Assembly: GCA_902774035.1 (NCBI GenBank)
Contig: CACYHA010000016.1
Span: forward strand, 798-64,797
DNA from: Oscillospiraceae bacterium
GTDB lineage: Bacteria > Bacillota > Clostridia > Oscillospirales > Acutalibacteraceae
DNA: 64,000 bases
Direction: 5' to 3'
The translations under genes were made by a program, and so were the position numbers. Each line of letters starts with the position of its first letter. The stretch's first letter is position 1. Shown one piece after another: positions 9,390 through 18,102 of this stretch. Below the pieces are notes generated by a model, which saw only the letters and a program-made list of their open reading frames with translations, made no database searches and had not been told where the DNA came from.

Positions 9390-9608
9390 TCAGCCCTCCG
9401 TTTCTTCGATGGCTTCGCGCAGCTTCTGCGTGGAGACGTTCAGCAATTCGATGGCCTCGCGCACGTGCGCCGCCGCCTTTGCGGGGAGAGAAGCCGCGAG
9501 CGCTTCAAGCTCCCCGGCATGGTGCGCGTTGTGGTCCGCCATATATTTCAAAAGCGCCTGCGCTTCGCTGTCCGCCGTGCCGTGGATGTGGCTGTGTTCG
9601 TGGTTCAT
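9390..9608 (-). CDS. His-rich small protein, putative metal-binding accessory factor
   Basis: 72 aa. MNHEHSHIHG.. N-terminus and HNAHHAGE motif; otherwise helical. Confidence 0.6.
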   Translation of the reverse strand: MNHEHSHIHGTADSEAQALLKYMADHNAHHAGELEALAASLPAKAAAHVREAIELLNVSTQKLREAIEETEG

Positions 9609-10321
9609 CGTTTTCCTTCCTTTCTGAAATGCAGTTCTCTTAAGCCGTCGATCTCGTCGCAGATCGGCTTCATCTTGCAGGACGCGCAGTCAAGCTCGTC
9701 CAGCTGAAGCGTGCTCTGCACCGCGTCGGTGATCTTTTTCGCTTTGCCCGCCAGAACGGACAGCGCCTTGTAATCAAATGCAGGATCGGTGATAAACACA
9801 GTCTGTACGTTTTCAACGTCCGGCTGTTTTAGAAACGCTTTGATCAGGCTGCTGCCGACGTTCAGGAACGAGAGCGGCGGATTTTTTTGCAGCGCCGCCC
9901 TCGCCACGCGCACCTGCTCTTTGCCTGCGGCGGGCGAGATACGGATATGGTAGCCTGCGGGATATAGCTGAAACACGGTGAATCCCACCGTTTTCAGCCG
10001 TTCGGACGAAAGCGCCGCTTCTTCGGTCTCTTTCAGTTTTACAACGGTAAAATGCCCGAAGGAAACGTCGGATGAGATCTCCGAAAGATCCGGTCCGTAC
10101 AGCAGCGTTTCGCTCTGTCCTTCCGGCAGATCGGCAAACAATACGGCTTCGGCGCTCTGCTTCCCGCCGCCGCCCAGCTCGTAGGCGGTATCGGCGGCGA
10201 AGAGGATACGGTCTTTTTCGCCGTCGGGGGCGCACAGTTTCGCTGCGTAAACGGCCCGTTTCGTCGGAACGGCGGGCAGAAGCGCGCGCATCTGCCGTAA
10301 AACGTCGTTATACAGTTTCAT
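9605..10321 (-). CDS. Acetyl-CoA synthase (AcsB/CdhC) central-domain-like protein lacking the A-cluster domain
   Basis: 238 aa from MKLYND (GGGGGA RBS). ..AYELGGGG.., GPDLSEI and VQTVFITD blocks resemble my memory of Moorella AcsB residues around 330-500. C-terminal C-x2-C-x5-C. Confidence 0.5.
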   Translation of the reverse strand: MKLYNDVLRQMRALLPAVPTKRAVYAAKLCAPDGEKDRILFAADTAYELGGGGKQSAEAVLFADLPEGQSETLLYGPDLSEISSDVSFGHFTVVKLKETEEAALSSERLKTVGFTVFQLYPAGYHIRISPAAGKEQVRVARAALQKNPPLSFLNVGSSLIKAFLKQPDVENVQTVFITDPAFDYKALSVLAGKAKKITDAVQSTLQLDELDCASCKMKPICDEIDGLRELHFRKEGKR

Positions 10322-11066
10322 CGTCGTCCCCCAGCAGTTTTTCGAGCGCTTTTTTTGCGCCAAGATACAGCGGAGAATCCTGCGGCAGGCTGAAAACGCT
10401 TTCGCCTCTCATGTCGTTTTCGCACTGGCGGCGGTCGTCCCCGATCACGGCGAGCAGGTCCGGAAGCTCCGGCACGAAATCTCCCGGCACACGGTTCACG
10501 ATCACGCCCGTTTTTTCGCATGAGACGAGCCGCTCTGCCACGCCCCGGATCGTTTCGGTCACCTGCAGGCCCTTCCGGCTCCCATCCGTGACGAGTACCA
10601 GATAATTGATATGCTCCAGCACGCGGCGATTGATCTGCTCGATGCCCGCCTCGCCGTCGATCACCACGAAATCATAATTGCCGGAGATGGTTTCGATCAC
10701 CTGCTTTAAGTAGGCGTTCACCTTGCAGTAGCATCCCGCGGCTTCCGGCCGCCCGATGGCAAGGAAGGAGATATTGCCGCGCTCCGTGATGCAGTCCAGC
10801 AGGTGGAATCTTGATTCGCTCAGGAGCTCCGCCGCGGCATTCATTTCACCCTTTTCGATGCTTTCGGCAATCTGCAGGCGCACGTCGTCGATCGTTTTTT
10901 TCGGTTCTGTCCCCAGCGCCGCAGAAAGTCCCACGGCAGGATCGGCGTCCACGGCGAGGATCCGTTTTTCGGGGTACGTTTCGGATAAAATACGGATAAA
11001 CGCGGCGGAGAGCGACGTTTTGCCCACGCCGCCCTTACCGGTAAATGCAAAAACCTTCGTTTCCAT
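10308..11066 (-). CDS. cooC: CooC-type P-loop ATPase (nickel-insertion / metallocluster maturation factor)
   Basis: 252 aa from METKVFAFTGKGGVGKT (deviant Walker A). CooC-typical AAGCYCKVN C-x-C motif. AGAGGGG RBS. The ORF-track upstream extension has no support. Confidence 0.85.
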   Translation of the reverse strand: METKVFAFTGKGGVGKTSLSAAFIRILSETYPEKRILAVDADPAVGLSAALGTEPKKTIDDVRLQIAESIEKGEMNAAAELLSESRFHLLDCITERGNISFLAIGRPEAAGCYCKVNAYLKQVIETISGNYDFVVIDGEAGIEQINRRVLEHINYLVLVTDGSRKGLQVTETIRGVAERLVSCEKTGVIVNRVPGDFVPELPDLLAVIGDDRRQCENDMRGESVFSLPQDSPLYLGAKKALEKLLGDDDETV

Positions 11067-11192
11067 ATAAAAACCCCTCTTACAAATCCTGATTGGGCAA
11101 CATCCCGACAAGCCGAAATTATTACGTTTGATCTTTTTTTGAAATGGTCCACAATCAGACACGGATACAGATTCTATCTTGATGGCATCTAA

Positions 11193-11221
11193 ATTATACC
11201 ATAGATTGGAACGGTTTGCAA
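11193..11221 (-). promoter_or_regulatory. Sigma-A-type promoter of the cooC operon
   Basis: Minus strand reads TTGCAA-N17-TATAAT. It leaves a leader of about 120 nt before the cooC start. Confidence 0.6.
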
Positions 11222-11677
11222 GATACTTTGTTTTGCTATTTATCAACGATCTGACTGACTTAGCTCATTTTTATCGCCGTTTTCTATCTTTTGTCGGTGA
11301 TAACACAAGCGAGTTGTTCATCCTAAATGACCGTTGATTCTCTTTAAAACGAAAAAAGGCACGCTCATTTGCGGCGTGCCTGCAATAGATGGAATTAGCG
11401 AAAAACAGTATGAAATAACAATTTCAGAGAAGCACGTCCTAAACAGCACAGAGGTTGTTGTGATATGAAACTCTGTGAAGACAGAGCAAAGACATATTAT
11501 AATACCGATCAGGATATTTTGCAGGCGTTAGAAGCGAAACAGAAAAAAACTGCAATTCACAAAAGCCGACCTCAACCGCGTGACGGGTGAGCTCTTCCGA
11601 GATTTGAAAAAATTTCCCATTTATATAGACAAAACAGAAAAAATATGCTAAACTGTACATAACTTATCAAAAAGGGG

Positions 11678-11706
11678 TTGACAGGCATGGCGGCGTATGC
11701 GATAAT
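11678..11706 (+). promoter_or_regulatory. Near-consensus sigma-A promoter firing into the AGCA repeat
   Basis: TTGACA (11678-11683), exactly 17 nt of spacer, GATAAT (11701-11706). Confidence 0.7.
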
Positions 11707-11710
11707 CCTT

Positions 11711-11875
<165 letters not shown>

Positions 11876-11911
11876 CGTAACTCTGTCTTTCTTGAATCAC
11901 CTTTGAAAACC

Positions 11912-11955
11912 CGGCTGTAACAAGGCGTGTGCTTTGTTGCGGCCGTTTTTTATTT
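11912..11955 (+). terminator. Intrinsic terminator between the repeat and the surface-protein gene
   Basis: 15-bp stem CGGCTGTAACAAGGC / GCTTTGTTGCGGCCG (3 G-U pairs), loop GTGT, then TTTTTTATTT. Confidence 0.7.
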
Positions 11956-12002
11956 CAAAACCACTGCCTGGGCGCATAAGCAGGCAAAAAGGAGGTAACC
12001 TT

Positions 12003-14783
12003 ATGCAAAAAACTATCATCCGTAAACCCATCAGCATCCTGCTTTCGCTGCTGCTGGTGCTGTCCGTCTTCGGCGGCATGGCGTTCACCGCTTCCGCGGT
12101 CGCTACCGGCACATATGGCAACGCGACCTGGACGCTGGACGACGACGGCCTTATGACCGTGTCCGGCACCGGCGAGTTTGCGCCGGAATTTGATTACGAC
12201 TTTGGCACGCAAATCAAGTCTGTTGTGATCGGCGACGGCATTTCTGGAATCGGCGATTTAACTTTCGACAACTGCATAAACATGGAGTCCGTTGAAATTG
12301 GCAACGGCATAACAGAGATCCCGACTAAGGAATTCATGAATGCCTCGAGCCTGACAAGCGTAAAGCTTGGCAAGAACGTGCGCTCCATTGGTGCCAATAA
12401 CAGTTATTTTACGAACCTTTTGACTCGGACCGAGACCGATGAGACCGGTTATACGGTATCTGTCGAAGGTTTTCTGAAGGGCACCGGCAACTATGCCGGC
12501 CAGATGTTCAAGGCAGTTGTGAAAAAGAACGGCGAAGTCGTTCCCGGCCCGTTTCTGATGAAGTGGTCAGTGGTTACGAATTATTCTAGCGCTACTTCTA
12601 TGAATGCTCGTGCATCGAGACCAACGCCGTACTATGCAACCACCAGCGATCCGCTTTATGATTATGGCCCTTATGGTTATGCTCACTCTCGGATTCACAC
12701 GTTGAAATGCGACGTTTTCCGCGTTACCGAAGACGGCAAAGGTATTGAAAAACTCTGTTCCGGTTCAAAATCCGGCCTGATCAATTATAATGATGACCGG
12801 TCTTCTTGGACTAATAATGAATTGGAAAATTCAACCGCCTTCATTTCCACGTTTCTTTTTGTCGGCAACACCTCAGACTACTTAAAGAGCACGATCGGCA
12901 AAGCGGGATTTGCCCATGTGGATTGTAATAAAGTCTATATCACCTTTACGAACAACCTGACGCCAGCCGCCCAACAGGTCCTGCGCGTGGAAAACAGCAC
13001 TAACGGAAGGTTTGTAGCGATTGCCCCCGGCATTGCTGATGTTACCTATACCATCTATACAAGCGGATGCGAAGCGCACCAAACGCAGTTTACAGCCGCC
13101 CAACCCCGGACCGCGGGTATCAGATATATCGTGTTGCGCAAGCCGACCGTGACACCCGCAGCCAGAGAACTGACCTTTAATTTCCCCGAACTGCCCGACC
13201 TCGGCGACAGCGAGCTGACCATTACATTGAACGGCGAAACCAAGACCGTGACGGCTGCCAACAGCACCGTGAAATTCACCGGTCTGAATCCCGAATCGAA
13301 CTATCCCTACACCCTGTTGGCAGGCAACGCGGAAAGAGGCTACGCGTATGCGGACGACAACGCCGCAACGCTTCCCGCCCCGCCGCACGAACACAGCTTC
13401 AACTATGCTGCTGAGGGTGCGACCCTGACCGCCACCTGCCGGAACGCAGACTGCGATCTGCCGGCCGGCGCCGTTTCCTTCACGATCAACGCCCCCGAAA
13501 AGACCACGTACAACGACGGCAAAACCGCAGCCGCAACGCTCACCGATGATGTTGCCGCGTTCAACGAAGCCACCAGCGAAGCCACCGGCAAAACCGTTTC
13601 TGCCGCCGACATCGAGTATTACGAGGGCGACCAGCAGCTTGACGCCGCCCCCGTAAACGCCGGCACCTATCAGGCGCGCATCACCGTGGAAGACGCGACC
13701 GCCGTTGTGGAATACACCATTGCCAAAGCCGACCCGGCTTATACCGAACCCAGCCTGACTGCCACCTACGGCGACACGCTGGGAAGCATTGAACTGCCCA
13801 CAGGCTGGAGATGGAAAGACAGCAGCACCTCCGTCGGCAATGTTGGCGAAAAGACCTTCAAAGCGACCTTCACTCCGACCGACACCGAGAACTACAACAC
13901 CGTGGAAGACATCGACGTGACCGTGATCGTCGGCAAGGCGATCCCGGATTATCAGATCCCGAATCTGACCGCAACCGTGGGCGACACGCTGGCCGATGTG
14001 ACCCTGCCCGACGGCTGGAGATGGAAAGACGACAGCGAACCTGTTGGCGCTGTTGGCAAAAAGAGCTTCAAGGCGACCTTCACGCCCGAAGACACCGACA
14101 ACTTCCTTGTGATGGAAGACATCGACGTGACCGTGAATGTCGGCAAAGCCATCCCGAGCTATGAGGCCCCGAGCCTGACCGCCACCTACGGCGACACGCT
14201 GGCTGATGTGACCCTGCCCGACGCCGAAAACGGCACCTGGAGATGGAAAGACGACACCGAACCTGTTGGCGCGGTTGGCGAAAACAGCCGCATCGCCGTG
14301 TTCACCCCCAACGACACCGACACTTATGCCGAGGTGGAAGTGCCTGTGAGGGTCACCGTCGGCAAAGCGACCCTGAACGTTGACGCTCCCACCGGTCTGA
14401 CCGCAACCGAAGGCGACACCCTTGCAAGCGTGACTCTGCCCGAAGGCTGGAGCTGGAAAGACAACAGCGAATCCGTCGGCGCAGCCGGTGAAAAGACCTT
14501 CAAGGCCACCTTCACGCCCGCCGACACCGCAAACTACAACACTGTGGAAAACATCGACGTCACTGTGACCGTCAAGGCTGCAACGCCGGATACCCCGGAC
14601 ACACCCGACACACCTGACACGCCGGATACACCCGACACCCCGGATACTCCCGCGAAGGGCGACTTCCGCTGCGGTTTCTGCGACGCTTACGAGCGTTGGA
14701 AGGATACGCCGATGGTCGGCTGGATCGTCAGCCTGATCCACATCTTTGTCCACCTTGCCGCCCATGTCGGCGAAACGACCTGA
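12003..14783 (+). CDS. Secreted surface protein: BspA-type LRR region, four 70-aa tandem repeats, (TPD)7 linker, His-containing hydrophobic tail
   Basis: Start MQKTIIRKP with a GGAGG RBS at 11991 and a signal peptide. LRR_5-like segment DGISGIGDLTFDNCINMESVEIG. Repeats ..LTATYGDTL..LP.GWRWKD..FKATFTP.DT.NY.. span 13740-14582. Confidence 0.85.
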   Translation: MQKTIIRKPISILLSLLLVLSVFGGMAFTASAVATGTYGNATWTLDDDGLMTVSGTGEFAPEFDYDFGTQIKSVVIGDGISGIGDLTFDNCINMESVEIGNGITEIPTKEFMNASSLTSVKLGKNVRSIGANNSYFTNLLTRTETDETGYTVSVEGFLKGTGNYAGQMFKAVVKKNGEVVPGPFLMKWSVVTNYSSATSMNARASRPTPYYATTSDPLYDYGPYGYAHSRIHTLKCDVFRVTEDGKGIEKLCSGSKSGLINYNDDRSSWTNNELENSTAFISTFLFVGNTSDYLKSTIGKAGFAHVDCNKVYITFTNNLTPAAQQVLRVENSTNGRFVAIAPGIADVTYTIYTSGCEAHQTQFTAAQPRTAGIRYIVLRKPTVTPAARELTFNFPELPDLGDSELTITLNGETKTVTAANSTVKFTGLNPESNYPYTLLAGNAERGYAYADDNAATLPAPPHEHSFNYAAEGATLTATCRNADCDLPAGAVSFTINAPEKTTYNDGKTAAATLTDDVAAFNEATSEATGKTVSAADIEYYEGDQQLDAAPVNAGTYQARITVEDATAVVEYTIAKADPAYTEPSLTATYGDTLGSIELPTGWRWKDSSTSVGNVGEKTFKATFTPTDTENYNTVEDIDVTVIVGKAIPDYQIPNLTATVGDTLADVTLPDGWRWKDDSEPVGAVGKKSFKATFTPEDTDNFLVMEDIDVTVNVGKAIPSYEAPSLTATYGDTLADVTLPDAENGTWRWKDDTEPVGAVGENSRIAVFTPNDTDTYAEVEVPVRVTVGKATLNVDAPTGLTATEGDTLASVTLPEGWSWKDNSESVGAAGEKTFKATFTPADTANYNTVENIDVTVTVKAATPDTPDTPDTPDTPDTPDTPDTPAKGDFRCGFCDAYERWKDTPMVGWIVSLIHIFVHLAAHVGETT

Positions 14784-14801
14784 TGAAAGGAGAACAATAC
14801 C

Positions 14802-14924
14802 ATGGAAATCGGAAGAGAAGTTTGGGATTCCCTGCTGGAAGCGTATGAAAACGCAAAGGAAGCGATCAACTTTTTCATGGACGCTGTGAAAAAGATCATG
14901 AGCTTCTTCGATAAGAAAGACTGA
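14802..14924 (+). CDS. 40-aa amphipathic ORF downstream of the surface-protein gene (below the ORF-track cutoff)
   Basis: MEIGREVWDSLLEAYENAKEAINFFMDAVKKIMSFFDKKD. AAAGGAG RBS 8 nt upstream. Followed by a terminator. Confidence 0.5.
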   Translation: MEIGREVWDSLLEAYENAKEAINFFMDAVKKIMSFFDKKD

Positions 14925-14941
14925 GCTGTAACAAGCTGAAT

Positions 14942-14975
14942 CAAAACCGCCGGTTCAACCGGCGGTTTTGATTTA
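14942..14975 (+). terminator. Intrinsic terminator
   Basis: AAAACCGCCGG-TTCA-ACCGGCGGTTTT hairpin followed by GATTT. Confidence 0.8.
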
Positions 14976-15086
14976 TGGACAAACTTCCTATTTCCTTGAT
15001 TGTTTTGCAGAGCCACGAAACAAAAAGCAGAAAAAGCTTATCAAGTAATGATTTGATTACGCTTCCCGACCGGTCGGCACCGCGCC

Positions 15087-15899
15087 TCAGTGCCCGATCG
15101 CCTTCTTCGCTGCCGTGCGGAAGGCGGTGTATTTCTTTTCGGGAATCGGCAAAACGGTGCCGTCGGTCAGCGTCAACTCGAAGCGGCGGATGTTGCGCAA
15201 AAAATGCGGGTTGATCAGATAGCTCTGGTGACAGCGTAAAAATAAGTGGGAATACTGCTTTTCCAGCGACGCGACAGTGGCCATGATCTCCACTGTATCA
15301 TTGACCGTGTGCAGGATGCTGTGCTTGCCGCCGGAGGCCGCCTCGATCCAGTAGATCGAATCGGAAAGATAAAAGTAGTCCGACCGATCCAGCCCGTGAA
15401 AGTGGATGCGCTCGCCCTGCTGCGGCAGCGCGTTGGAACCGGCGTAGACCTGGCTGAAGTTTGTGGGATAGATCACGTCGTCCTCATGCTTACCGTGGGG
15501 ATTGGAGATGTGGCAGACCAGAATGCGCGGCACCTTATGCACGTTGCCGGCTTCATCCATCTCTTTGCGCTCGCACCAGCAGAGCAGAAGCCGCTGATAG
15601 ACCGAAAGGTCGTGCCCGTCAGGGTAATGCGTTACAACCGAGTAAGTCAGCATCACATTGCAGAACGACGGGTGCGCACTGGCGTGCACCACCTTCAGGT
15701 TGCCCATGGTGAAACGCAGATTGTGCTCCTCTGCGCCCCATACGCGCAGCATGGTTTCCCGCCCGCGCAAAAACTGCCCTTCAGCCGGACCGTACCACAG
15801 CGCGTCGTCGTCCATGCTTTGCAGAAACGGCAGGTAGTCGTTCTCATAATAGCGAATGATTAATTCCGCCGAGCGGTCGGCTATTTCGTTCTGAATCAT
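15087..15899 (-). CDS. One-component LytTR-family DNA-binding regulator with an NTF2/SnoaL-like N-terminal domain
   Basis: Start MIQNEIADR after a GGAGGTGG RBS. C-terminus ..[38 protein letters not shown].. is a LytTR domain. No receiver domain. Confidence 0.8.
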   Translation of the reverse strand: MIQNEIADRSAELIIRYYENDYLPFLQSMDDDALWYGPAEGQFLRGRETMLRVWGAEEHNLRFTMGNLKVVHASAHPSFCNVMLTYSVVTHYPDGHDLSVYQRLLLCWCERKEMDEAGNVHKVPRILVCHISNPHGKHEDDVIYPTNFSQVYAGSNALPQQGERIHFHGLDRSDYFYLSDSIYWIEAASGGKHSILHTVNDTVEIMATVASLEKQYSHLFLRCHQSYLINPHFLRNIRRFELTLTDGTVLPIPEKKYTAFRTAAKKAIGH

Positions 15900-15991
15900 G
15901 CTTCGCCACCTCCTATCAGGGATATTATAACGCAAAGCAAAGGCAAAATCAAGCTGTTTTCGCATGTTTGCAAGTCATATCTGAAAAAGTA

Positions 15992-16019
15992 TTGCAATTT
16001 TCCGGAGGGTCCGTATAAT
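15992..16019 (+). promoter_or_regulatory. Promoter of the ubiquitin-LRR gene
   Basis: TTGCAA-N16-TATAAT, about 60 nt upstream of the AAAGGAG RBS and start at 16080. Confidence 0.55.
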
Positions 16020-16079
16020 AAGCGTGTAAGAAACAACTGCAGAGTTTCACACCCCCGATCACAACATCTGAAAAGGAGT

Positions 16080-17738
16080 ATGAACATGAAAAACATCAAA
16101 ACAAAACTGACCGCTATTCTGCTGGCCCTCGTCCTGCTGCTCTCGGCACTGCCGATGTTCGCGTTTGCAGAGAATCCGGGCCTGCCTTCGCTCCCCGGTC
16201 ACGGGCAGAGCGGCAACCAGCCCGAGATGCCGGGAAGCGGCGGCCTCAAAGGCGACACCGAGCCGGACAAACCCGACATCAACGGCGGCACGTCCAATTA
16301 TGTCAACAACACCTCTATGCAGATTTTCGTGCGCACGCTGACCGGCAAAACGCTCACGCTTGAAACGGTGCCGAACGACACGATCGAAAACATCAAGCAG
16401 AAGATCCAGGAAAAAGAAGGCATTCCGCCCGATCAGCAGCGGCTGATCTTCAACGGCACGCAGCTGGAAGACGGCAGAACGCTCGCCGACTACAACATTC
16501 AAAAGGAAAGCACCCTGCATCTGGCGCTGCGCATTCGCGGCGAGATCGGATTCACCGAAGCGAACTTCCCCGACGCAAACCTTCGTGAATTTGTCAAAAC
16601 CTTCGACACCGACGGCAGCGGTACGCTCAGTGCGGACGAGTGCGCCGTCGTGACCGAGATCGACACCTGGTCTGCGCGCGTCGCCGTGACCGACTATACC
16701 GGCATCGAATGGTTCCCGAATCTGAAAGCGCTGAAGTGTATGCCGACGAGTGGCACCATTCACTTGGACGTCAGCGCCAACACCGCGCTGGAGATTCTTC
16801 ACAGCCGCAGCAACGCACTCGCATCACTTGACCTCAGCGACAATCCCGCGATGAAAGACATCGACCTCTATAATGCGCCTCTTTCCTCGATTGACGTTTC
16901 CGCTTGTCCCGCGCTCGAGAAGCTGCACGTCGGCGAAACCGGGATCCAGACGCTCGACCTCAGCGGCAATCCCGTGCTGAAGACGCTCTATTGCTTCGGC
17001 AACGGGATGCAGACGCTCGATCTCAGCGCCAACCCCTTGTTGAAGCGTTTGATTTGCAGCAACAATCTTTTCAAAACGCTCGATCTCCACTTGAACACTG
17101 CGCTGGAGGTGCTGGAAGGCTACGGATGTTCTTTTGAAACGCTCGACCTCAGCGGCAATCCCTCGCTGAGACATCTGAGTATTGAAGAGTGCACCTCTTT
17201 GTCAGAGCTGGATATCTCTGCTAATCCGCTGCTGAAAAGTGCCGTTGAAGACGGAAACAAAAGGGCTTTTGAAGATTATTTTGAATATAGGTTGTACAGA
17301 AACACCCAGATAGAGGCATTCCTCAGCTGCACAAATACGGTCCAGCTGATCACCGACAGCCTTACAGTGCGCTGCGACGCCAACGGCGGCAGCGGTTCAC
17401 AGACGATTCTTGTTCGCCAGAATGAAAACCTGATTTTGCCGGACTGCGGTCTGACCGCGCCCGAAGGCAAAGAGTTCGACGGCTGGCAGCTCGGCAACGC
17501 GGCCTATCAGCCCGGCGACGAGATCGCGCTGTCGGAAAACACGACCCTGACCGCGCTTTGGAAAGACGCGAGCGCGCAGCCCGAACCGACGACTGCGCCG
17601 CAGGACGGCACAAGTGACCCGGTGTCTTCCAACCTTTGCAAATGGGACAACGTCGATCACGGCACCTCTTTCTTCGGCAGACTGATCGCGTTCTTCCATT
17701 CCGTTCTCTACACGATCACGCACATCTTCAAGCGCTGA
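16080..17738 (+). CDS. Secreted protein: signal peptide, Gly/Pro linker, ubiquitin domain, about 22-aa LRRs, Listeria-Bacteroides-type repeat, His-containing hydrophobic tail
   Basis: 552 aa. Signal peptide ..[12 protein letters not shown] units LDLSGNPxLKxLxCxxNxxxTLDLS. [21 protein letters not shown] repeat domain. Confidence 0.9.
   Translation: MNMKNIKTKLTAILLALVLLLSALPMFAFAENPGLPSLPGHGQSGNQPEMPGSGGLKGDTEPDKPDINGGTSNYVNNTSMQIFVRTLTGKTLTLETVPNDTIENIKQKIQEKEGIPPDQQRLIFNGTQLEDGRTLADYNIQKESTLHLALRIRGEIGFTEANFPDANLREFVKTFDTDGSGTLSADECAVVTEIDTWSARVAVTDYTGIEWFPNLKALKCMPTSGTIHLDVSANTALEILHSRSNALASLDLSDNPAMKDIDLYNAPLSSIDVSACPALEKLHVGETGIQTLDLSGNPVLKTLYCFGNGMQTLDLSANPLLKRLICSNNLFKTLDLHLNTALEVLEGYGCSFETLDLSGNPSLRHLSIEECTSLSELDISANPLLKSAVEDGNKRAFEDYFEYRLYRNTQIEAFLSCTNTVQLITDSLTVRCDANGGSGSQTILVRQNENLILPDCGLTAPEGKEFDGWQLGNAAYQPGDEIALSENTTLTALWKDASAQPEPTTAPQDGTSDPVSSNLCKWDNVDHGTSFFGRLIAFFHSVLYTITHIFKR
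16317..16544 (+). other. Eukaryote-type ubiquitin domain (residues 80-155 of the ORF)
   Basis: [76 protein letters not shown]. 62/76 identical to canonical ubiquitin in a hand alignment with no gaps. Confidence 0.9.
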
Positions 17739-17925
17739 GAACATCAAAAACCGGCCCGTCGAAATCGCTCGGCGGGCTGTTGTTATTTGACCCTTTTGCC
17801 ACTTCGCAGCTTATAAAACAGAAAGGGAAACGGTGGTGAAAATCGCGGACGGCGACTTGAATTCAGACAAATCATTCTGTATAATAGAAGCGGTACGAAA
17901 AAAACAAATCACCAAAGGAGCCGCC

Positions 17926-18102
17926 ATGACCCAACAAGACTGGGAGCAGCTTTCTCCCGACGAAAAGAAAAAAGAGCTGTACCTCAAACAAGTTCGCCTG
18001 CTGGATACGTTCCTTGAACATGGCGCGATTTCGCAGGCGCAGTACGACAAGAGTTTCCGTGACCTGACAGAAAAGATGGAGATGCAGAATGTCAAAGAAT
18101 AA
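17926..18102 (+). CDS. Small SHOCT-like helical protein (58 aa)
   Basis: MTQQDWEQLSPDEKKKELYLKQVRLLDTFLEHGAISQAQYDKSF.. AAAGGAG RBS 6 nt upstream. Confidence 0.5.
   Translation: MTQQDWEQLSPDEKKKELYLKQVRLLDTFLEHGAISQAQYDKSFRDLTEKMEMQNVKE

Noticed and set aside
11439-11660. 73-aa minus-strand ORF and short plus-strand ORFs in the AT-rich spacer upstream of the repeat promoter.
   Set aside because: There is no RBS and no recognisable family. The plus-strand reading (..KADLNRVTGELFRDLKKF..) needs a frameshift, so at best it is a gene fragment.
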